Positions 57,151 to 64,000 of a stretch of 64,000 nucleotides of DNA are shown piece after piece (positions within the stretch are counted from its first letter, which is position 1; each line of letters begins with the position of its first letter). The stretch is from an uncultured Gemmatimonadales bacterium (GTDB taxonomy: Bacteria > Gemmatimonadota > Gemmatimonadetes > Gemmatimonadales > GWC2-71-9), in assembly GCA_963739455.1 (NCBI GenBank), contig CAVUAK010000002.1:384001-448000 (forward strand), written 5' to 3'. The notes under the pieces are model-generated. The model was not told the origin of the DNA. It saw nothing but the letters and a program-made list of their open reading frames with translations, and ran no database searches. A program made the translations under genes and the position numbers.

Positions 57151-57936
57151 TCAGCGCCCGATGGCCTTCAACCGGTCGCGGGCAAGGGCCGCCTCGTCCG
57201 ACTTGGGATAACTCTTCAGGAGCTGGTTGTACGCGTCACGCGCCTCGGCCTTGTCACCATGACGCTCCGCCAGCAGGCCCAGTCCGTACAGCGCCGCGGG
57301 TGCCCGCGAGGACGTGGGATACTCCTTCACCACCTTGCGGTAGTACGCGGCCGCGGAATCGGGATTCTCCGACGAGAAACTCTGCCCCACGAAGTAGAGC
57401 GCATCGGGAACGAGTTCGCTCTTCGGATAGGCCTGCAGCATTTCGCGGAGGCCGGCCCGGCCGGTCGCCGCGCTGCCCCGACGCAGCTGGGACAGCGACG
57501 CATCGTACATCTGCTGCGCCGAGGCGGAAGCGGCCGGTACCGCGCCAGCCGAATCGGCCGGGGCGCCAGGCCCGGCCGGCATGGGACCGCCACCAACCGA
57601 CTCACCGCGCGCCTCCAGCTGCGAGCGCAATTCGGTGAGGCGACGCTGGCTTTGCCCCGTCAGCTCCTGCAGCTGCAGCAACTGCTGCTGCACCGCCAGC
57701 ATGTCGTTCGCCGTGCTCCCCTTCATTTCGTTGAGCGAACGCCGCGTGGCCGCCAGGGAGTCCATCATCTGCTGCTGCAGTACCAGGATCTGGCGCAGCT
57801 GTGCCGCGCTCGCCGAGTCGGCGCGCCGGCTATCGGCGCGCAGTACGTTGACCTGGGTCTCTACCTGCTGCACCTGCGCCGGCGTCGCACACGCAGCGAC
57901 ACCGGCGAGGCACGCAGCAGCGATGGCTCGTCTCAC
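57151..57936 (-). CDS. cpoB: Tol-Pal associated protein CpoB/YbgF
   Basis: Lipoprotein-like signal, coiled coil, TPRs (YPKSELVPDALYFVG, YPKSDEA), after pal. Confidence 0.88.
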   Translation of the reverse strand: MRRAIAAACLAGVAACATPAQVQQVETQVNVLRADSRRADSASAAQLRQILVLQQQMMDSLAATRRSLNEMKGSTANDMLAVQQQLLQLQELTGQSQRRLTELRSQLEARGESVGGGPMPAGPGAPADSAGAVPAASASAQQMYDASLSQLRRGSAATGRAGLREMLQAYPKSELVPDALYFVGQSFSSENPDSAAAYYRKVVKEYPTSSRAPAALYGLGLLAERHGDKAEARDAYNQLLKSYPKSDEAALARDRLKAIGR

Positions 57937-58506
57937 TGGGGCGAGACGAGGTTCGCCCCGCCGGCCGTGACCGTGAACTGGTCATTCCGGTTCTGGGCCC
58001 ACGCCGCCTCGGACTGGCCCGTGGCGATCGGACGCTCCGACCCATAGGAGACGGTCTCGATGCGGCTGCCATCGATGCCCTTGCCCACCAGGTACTGCTT
58101 CGCCGCCAGCGCACGACGGTTGCCAAGGGCGAGGTTGTACTCGGCGGAGCCGCGCTCATCGGCGTTGCCGGCCACCTGGATCTTGACGCGCCGGGTTGGC
58201 CGCGAGAATCGCCGCCTTGCGGTCGAGGTTCGCCTTGTCGCCCGGCTGGATGTCCGACTTGTCGTAGTCGAAGTGGATCAGCGCCGTCAGGTCAGCGTTC
58301 AGGGCCCGCGTACGCTCGGCCGCTGCGCGTGCCGCCGCTGCTGCCGCATCGTCGGTCGGCGCCGGAGCCGGCGCCGGGGCGACGGGAGCCGGGGCCGGTG
58401 CCGCGGCCGGCTTCGTTTCCGGCGCCGGTGCCTCGGGTGGCTTCTTGCCACCACAGGCGGCGACGAAAGCGAAAGCACAGACCGCAAGCAGCGAGGAACG
58501 TGTCAT
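57933..58506 (-). CDS. pal: Peptidoglycan-associated lipoprotein (frameshift near 58190)
   Basis: VAA/C lipobox, IHFDYDKS, GNADERGSAEYNLALGNRRA, SYGSERP, QNR. Confidence 0.93.
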
Positions 58507-58533
58507 GAGACTTCTCCTGTTGTAAGTGAACTG

Positions 58534-59820
58534 CTACGGGAGCCGGCGCGACCACGCGGGGAGCCGGGATGCCCCGCCCGTCGTGATCGCACGCACGCGC
58601 CCGGTTTCGATATCGATGACCCACACCTGCCGTTGTCCGGTGCGATCCGAGACAAACGCGATGTGCTTGCCGTCGGGTGCCCAGGTCGGGTCCTCGTTCC
58701 GGCCCGACGACGACAGCTGCTTGAGCCGGCGTCCCGCAATGTCGAGCACGAAGATCTGCGGCCCGCCTGACACTTCGCGATGGAACGCGAGCGACACCCC
58801 ATCCGGGGACCATTCCGGCGCATTGGAACTGCCGGTGACGCCGAAGTCGAACGGCACGAGCAATTCGGCGTTGGTGCCGTTCGCCTCCATGACATAGATC
58901 TGCGGCGGGCCGGCACGCGTCGAGACGAACGCGATGCGCTGGCCGTCGGGCGCATAGGTCGGTGAAAGGTTGTCCGCGAAGCGACCCGTGGTCAACCGCT
59001 GGACACAGCACATGTCTGAAACGTTGGCAACCTGGATGTTGGTGCCCTGCTCACCAGCCTGCGCGTAGGCGAGGAACTGGCCGTTGGGCGAGAACATCGG
59101 CGTGATGTTGAGCGCCGATTCCGTGCCCGGTACCACCTGCGGTGCCCCGCCCGAGAGACGCTGGATCAGGATCGGACCCTTGCCCTCGCCGAGCCGTGTA
59201 TAGGCGATGCGATCGGCCGTCGGCGACCAGGCGGGCGACAGCGCCGTCTCGCCGGCCGGCGTAAGGGCGGTGATGGCGGCCCCGTCGAAATCCATGTACA
59301 TGATCCGGCCGCCACTCACGTACGCGATTCGCGTCGCGGCAACGCCGGGCGTGCCGGTCACCCAGCGCACGACCTCGTCACTGGCCCGGTGCACCTGCAT
59401 GCGGAGCGCCGGATCGGAGGCGTCGGCGAAGCGGGTCTCCATGGTATTGAGCACCTTGCCGCCGGCGACGTCGTGCAGCCGTATCGTGGTCTGGGTGCCC
59501 GCCTGCGACAGCTCGAGGGCGAAGGCAGCACCGAAATTCTTGTAGAGCGCGTAGTTGAGCGGGCCCGATGGGCCCGCGGGTGCAGTCGCGCCGTCCGGCT
59601 GGATGATGGTCTCGAAGCGGTCGCTGAAATCGAGGTCGCGCTTCAGGATCGCGCGCACGGAATCGAGGCCCGCACCGGGAACGATGACCAGCGATGGCCT
59701 GTTACCCGGGTCGTAGCGCAGCGTCAGCCGCACTCCGCCCGCCTGCGGCACCGAGTCCTGCGCAGCAGCCGGCACGGCAACACCGGCCATCGCCGCGAGG
59801 AGTACCAGCGCGCGGCGCAT
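58534..59820 (-). CDS. tolB: TolB
   Basis: RDLDFSDRF, TRIAYV, repeated PD40 P.WSPDG motifs. Confidence 0.92.
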   Translation of the reverse strand: MRRALVLLAAMAGVAVPAAAQDSVPQAGGVRLTLRYDPGNRPSLVIVPGAGLDSVRAILKRDLDFSDRFETIIQPDGATAPAGPSGPLNYALYKNFGAAFALELSQAGTQTTIRLHDVAGGKVLNTMETRFADASDPALRMQVHRASDEVVRWVTGTPGVAATRIAYVSGGRIMYMDFDGAAITALTPAGETALSPAWSPTADRIAYTRLGEGKGPILIQRLSGGAPQVVPGTESALNITPMFSPNGQFLAYAQAGEQGTNIQVANVSDMCCVQRLTTGRFADNLSPTYAPDGQRIAFVSTRAGPPQIYVMEANGTNAELLVPFDFGVTGSSNAPEWSPDGVSLAFHREVSGGPQIFVLDIAGRRLKQLSSSGRNEDPTWAPDGKHIAFVSDRTGQRQVWVIDIETGRVRAITTGGASRLPAWSRRLP

Positions 59821-60545
59821 CACTGGCGCGGCTCGAAGACGAATGTCACGGGGAGGACGTTGGCATCCCACCCGTCAGGCAGCGGGCCGAATGCCTTCCC
59901 GTTCCCTGCCGCCTCGATCGCACCCTGCGCCTCGAGGTCGAAACTGAAGTTGCCTGAACGCTTGAGGAATCGAATGTCAGCCACCGAACCGTCCTTGAGG
60001 ATCAGGAACGCGACCTCGGCGCGAAGCCGGTTGTTGGGCGCGTTCCATCGCCGGAGCACTTCGTTCATGATGTTCCGGAGATACTCCGGATAGGGAAACT
60101 CGATCCCGGGAATCTTGATGTTCGCGACGTCAGTGCCGGTGCCAGGCGTCTCGCCGGGCAACGGCTGCGCCTCACTCTTCGTGACCGGCGTCTTCTCCAC
60201 CGGCTTCTCCGACGCCTGCACCGGCTTTGTGGGCGTCGGCGCCGGTTCCGCCTTGGCCTTCGGCTTCACCGCTTCAGCCTTCGTCGGCTTCGCGGGCGCC
60301 GGGGCCGGCGCCTCAGCCGGCGGCGCAGGTTCGGGCGGTCGGGTGACGGCCTCTGGAGCGGCACGACGTGCCGTCGTCGGCAGCGGTGCCGCCACCAGCT
60401 CGACGGCATACACCGGCGGGCCGATGACCGGCTTCGGGATCACGACAAAGAAGAGCAGGACGGCCGCCACGTGAACGACCAGCGACCCGGTCATGCCGAC
60501 CGTGGCCGAGGGTCCGTCAACGGCGTACGCGCCCCTGCCCTTCAC
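59820..60545 (-). CDS. tolA: TolA/TonB-like energy transducer
   Basis: TM with SLVVH, Pro/Ala/Lys linker, C-terminal SGNFSFD..A..A domain. Confidence 0.8.
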   Translation of the reverse strand: MKGRGAYAVDGPSATVGMTGSLVVHVAAVLLFFVVIPKPVIGPPVYAVELVAAPLPTTARRAAPEAVTRPPEPAPPAEAPAPAPAKPTKAEAVKPKAKAEPAPTPTKPVQASEKPVEKTPVTKSEAQPLPGETPGTGTDVANIKIPGIEFPYPEYLRNIMNEVLRRWNAPNNRLRAEVAFLILKDGSVADIRFLKRSGNFSFDLEAQGAIEAAGNGKAFGPLPDGWDANVLPVTFVFEPRQ

Positions 60546-60964
60546 TTCGATTCCTCATCCTCGGCCACGAGGCCCAGGTTGCGCACGCCGGAGTTCCGGA
60601 TGATGGCCACAACGCGCACGACGTCGCCGTATGAGGCCCGGTTGTCGGCGCGGAGATAGACGGCTTCGGGCTTCCGCGTCGCCACGATGGAGCGGAAGGT
60701 TGCCCGGAAGTCGCGGTAGCTCACCGGCGTCTCATCGAGGAAGATCTTTCCCGTCCGGTCGAGCGACACCACGATGCCCTGCTTGGCGTTCATCGGCTTC
60801 GCAGCGGCCTTTGGCAGGTCCACATCGACGCCGCCCTGCATGATCGGCGCGGCGATCATGAAGATGATCAGCAGCACGAAGGCAACGTCCACCAGCGACG
60901 TGACGTTGACCTCGGCATTCAGGGCCAGGTCGTCGTCGCCGCGGAACCCGCTCAGCGCCCCCAC
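60542..60964 (-). CDS. tolR: TolR/ExbD
   Basis: NVTSLVDVAFVLLIIFMIAAP, LRAD, YGDVV. Confidence 0.9.
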   Translation of the reverse strand: MGALSGFRGDDDLALNAEVNVTSLVDVAFVLLIIFMIAAPIMQGGVDVDLPKAAAKPMNAKQGIVVSLDRTGKIFLDETPVSYRDFRATFRSIVATRKPEAVYLRADNRASYGDVVRVVAIIRNSGVRNLGLVAEDEESK

Positions 60965-60965
60965 G

Positions 60966-61673
60966 TCAGACCATCCCCTCGCGTGCCATGGTGCCGATCA
61001 ACTCGGCGGCAAATCCCTCGAGCTCACCCGCCAGCATGCGAACCTTGTTGACGTAGAGGTTGTACGCGATGACGGCAGGGATGGCCGCGGCCAGTCCCGC
61101 GACGGTGGCAATGAGCGCCTCGGCCACACCGGGCGCCACTGCGCTGATGTTGCCGGACCCCTTCGACGAGATGCCGATGAAGGCATCCATGACGCCGAGC
61201 ACCGTGCCCATCAGCCCCATGAGCGGCCCCACCGCACCCACCGTGGCGAGCCACGGGATGTAGCGACTGAGCATGTCCTTCTCGGCCGAGACTTCCTTCA
61301 TGAGGACCAGCTTGAGCGACTCGAGCTGCGTGGACGTCAGCGGCGTGCGCGCCACTTCCTCCTTGAGTGCACCCGGCCGCAGTTCGCTGTAGAAGTTGAT
61401 CGCCTCGCGGAACAGCCGGTTGTACGGCGACGGCGGCTGCTTCATGGCGGCGTGATAGCCTTCCTGCAGGCGCGTGGTGCGCTCCAGTTCGGCGAAGAAC
61501 TTTCCGCCCTGACGGTGCAGGCGGCGGAATTGCCACCACTTGAGCACGATGATGAACCAGGCGATCAGCGAGAAGACCAGCAGGATGGCGAGCACCACCT
61601 TGGTCTCGACACTCGAGATGAGCAGGAGCTCGAGCGGAGTGGTTGGCAGGGCGCCGCCGACCTGGAGCATCAT
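60966..61673 (-). CDS. tolQ: TolQ/ExbB
   Basis: LATVGAVGPLMGLMGTV, VAPGVAEALIATVAGLAAAIPAVIAYN. Confidence 0.92.
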   Translation of the reverse strand: MMLQVGGALPTTPLELLLISSVETKVVLAILLVFSLIAWFIIVLKWWQFRRLHRQGGKFFAELERTTRLQEGYHAAMKQPPSPYNRLFREAINFYSELRPGALKEEVARTPLTSTQLESLKLVLMKEVSAEKDMLSRYIPWLATVGAVGPLMGLMGTVLGVMDAFIGISSKGSGNISAVAPGVAEALIATVAGLAAAIPAVIAYNLYVNKVRMLAGELEGFAAELIGTMAREGMV

Positions 61674-62620
61674 GCGTTCTCCTTCTTGAACCAGTCGATG
61701 AGCTGGGGCAATCCATTCTCAAAACTGTATTCCGGGGTCCAGCCGAGCTGCGACCCCGCCTTCCGCACGTCCAGCGCGCTCCGCTGCAACTCACCCGGGC
61801 GCGTGGGCGCAAACTCCAGCACGGGGGTCACCCCCATGACCTTCCCGACCGTCGCCGCCAGTTCAAGCACTGAGGTTTCCCGCGAGGTGGCGATGTTGAA
61901 GGCCCGCGCTTCATGCACACCAGCGGGCGGGAGGGGATTCGTACCGGCGAGCAGGTTGGCCCGGGCGACATCGCGGACGAACACGTAGTCGCGCGTCTGG
62001 GTACCGTCGCCGAAGATCGTCAGCGGACGCTTCTCGAGCAGGCGCGACACGAAGATCGAGACGACGCCCGCTTCCGACTTGGGATCCTGCCGCGGACCGA
62101 AGACGTTGGAGTAGCGCATCGCGACGGCATCGAATCCGTTGAGTGCGCCGAGCATGCGGACGTAGTGCTCGCCCGCAAGCTTGCTCGCGCCATAGGGAGA
62201 GATGGGACAGTTGGGCGCGGTCTCCGGCGTAGGGATCTCGAGTGGATCGCCGTACACGGTACCACCGCTCGAGGCGAACACTACCCGGCCGACTCCGCCT
62301 GCTCCCGCACCCTCGAGGAGGTTCACGAAGCCGACGACGTTGATGGATGCATCGAAAGCGGGCTGGTCGACCGACACACGAACATCGATTTGCGCAGCAT
62401 GATGGCAGAGCACGTTGAACCGGCCCTCGGCCAGCAGCTTCCGGGCTTCGGGCGAGCGAATGTCAGCCTGAACCAGCGTCGCCCTGGCCGGCACGTTGTG
62501 CGCGTGACCGCGGGAGAGGTCATCCAGTACGACCACCTCCCAGCCCGCCCCGAGATAAGCCTCGGCGATATGGGATCCGATGAATCCCGCTCCCCCTGTC
62601 ACCAGCACCCGTCCGCCCAT
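61670..62620 (-). CDS. UDP-glucose 4-epimerase-like NAD-dependent epimerase
   Basis: [51 protein letters not shown]. Confidence 0.88.
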   Translation of the reverse strand: MGGRVLVTGGAGFIGSHIAEAYLGAGWEVVVLDDLSRGHAHNVPARATLVQADIRSPEARKLLAEGRFNVLCHHAAQIDVRVSVDQPAFDASINVVGFVNLLEGAGAGGVGRVVFASSGGTVYGDPLEIPTPETAPNCPISPYGASKLAGEHYVRMLGALNGFDAVAMRYSNVFGPRQDPKSEAGVVSIFVSRLLEKRPLTIFGDGTQTRDYVFVRDVARANLLAGTNPLPPAGVHEARAFNIATSRETSVLELAATVGKVMGVTPVLEFAPTRPGELQRSALDVRKAGSQLGWTPEYSFENGLPQLIDWFKKENA

Positions 62621-62752
62621 TTGAGGATCCTTCCCCGGGTTGAAAGTGCCACGGTCTGCCGCCCTGAACAGGGCGTAAACCATGATCGCCCCGCAATATA
62701 GACGGGCGAGCCGCGAGCGGGAGCGCGCTGGGTGACCATCCTCACAAAGACA

Positions 62753-62783
62753 TGAGCGGCGCCCCGGGAAGGGGCGCCGCTCA
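62753..62783 (-). terminator. Probable terminator after the LysM gene
   Basis: 13-bp stem TGAGCGGCGCCCC-GGGAA-GGGGCGCCGCTCA, followed by TGTCTTTG on the minus strand. Confidence 0.7.
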
Positions 62784-62812
62784 GGCCGAATTCGTGTGTG
62801 CCGCGGGAGGTG

Positions 62813-63995
62813 CTATTGCGGCAGCTTGGCCACCTGAACGGCCGGCGTACCCATCGGGAAGGTCGCGAACTTGACGTTGAGCAGCAGCCCGGTGGCGCTG
62901 TGGTCACGCACGTTGACGATCTGCATGACGGCCATCGTCTCGGTCGTCAGCACGGTGCCGTTGTTGGCGATGCCGCCCGACGCCCGCTGCACTTCCCACA
63001 TGTCGCCCAGGGCGACGCCATCGAGCTTGCCCTTGTCGATGAAGAGGTAGCCCTGCGGCAGCTTGAGGTACTCGACCCGCGGCCAGCCAATGACCCGCGC
63101 CGAGATGCCATCGGTGATGGGCACCGCGCGCGCCTTGGAGCTGCCCGGGAACTTCTCCAGTGGCAGCAGCCACTGGCCCGGGTAGATGCCCCAGAAGATC
63201 TGGGTGATGGTCATGATCGGCCGGCCATCGTCGATGCGCTTCACCACGCCGACGCCGGTGGGGAGCACCATGAAGCCGAAGCCGTTGACCGGAGGCCCCT
63301 TCTCGAGCGTCAGCAGCGTGTCACCGATCTCGTATGAAGCACCCTTGGGAGGTGAGATGGCGAGCTCGGTCGCGAGCTTGGCCACGCCGAAGTTGCTGAT
63401 CGAGGCGATCATCGGTGATGCCGTGCGACCCACGATGCGGCCGTAGGGAAGATCCTGGCCCTCAGTGAGGAAGCCGCCGGAATAGAACTCATCGCGCCGG
63501 ATGGCCCGGTAGTTCTTCTCGGAGTAGGCCTTCACCGTTGCGCGGGCCGCCTGCGACATCTCACCCATCTGGGGGAACAGGGGAGCATTCGGATCGTAGT
63601 CGTCCGAGGTCTCCTCGATGGTTTCCTTGAAGTTCGGGTCCTCGACCGCGTCAACCTTGGCGCCCGGAGCCGCCGGAGCCGCCGGATCCAGCCTGTGCCA
63701 CCGCGGACGGTGGAGGCGGCGTATCCTCGGCCGGCACCGACTTCACGCCGTCGCCGGCAGCCAGGCGCAGGTTCTCGCCCGGGTAGATCCAGTGCGGATC
63801 CTCCACCACGTCGGTGTTGAGGCGGTAGATCTCGGGCCACAAGAGCGGGTCACCGAGATACGACTGTGCGAGCGACCAGAGCGTGTCTCCCGGCCGCACG
63901 GTGTGCGTCTGGGGCGTTGCCGGTGCCTGCGCGAGCAAGGCAGAGGGCAGCGCCAGCAGCACACCGATGGCGACGTGCCAGCGGCGGGGTGACAT
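62813..63995 (-). CDS. Secreted LysM peptidoglycan-binding protein (TsaP-like architecture; frameshift near 63690)
   Basis: Signal peptide [17 protein letters not shown]...WPEIY...DPHWIYPG. The C-terminal beta-rich domain is in the 62813-63568 ORF. Confidence 0.8.
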
Positions 63996-64000
63996 GCGGT

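Overview
High-GC bacterial chromosomal window. The gene content and order suggest Gemmatimonadota, but that is inference. Many 1-2 nt indels break housekeeping genes, which looks like long-read assembly error. Almost all genes are on the minus strand. 1-20 kb is a Wzx/Wzy-type surface polysaccharide locus (CapD/WbpM-like, WbpL-like, epimerases, GT2/GT4s, Wzz-like, Wzy, Wzx, methyltransferase, rmlBACD, asnB, UDP-GlcA epimerase). It is interrupted by a plus-strand pair: a divergent isocitrate lyase-like gene behind a perfect Rex/CRP-type palindrome, and a GT4. 20-44 kb is housekeeping (hflX, rarA, ZIP, cca, asparaginase, SDR, gmhA-like, CpsB-like, alaS, recX, recA, yraN, AI-2E, ftsK, comB, accC, PilT-like, accB, M24 peptidase, aroQ, TPR). 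44-64 kb is envelope biogenesis (SurA/PpiD, tatA, polyprenyl synthase, TPR, hutH, lipoprotein, tol-pal, LysM). The main finding is one 1165-aa ORF in which a complete TatC is joined, through an internal signal-peptide-like segment, to an LptD-like outer-membrane protein. Also notable: a direct-repeat candidate SOS operator in the recA promoter, a PilT-family gene splitting accB-accC, and a sigma54 promoter next to an inverted repeat built from octamers. No rRNA, tRNA, CRISPR array or transposase was recognised.
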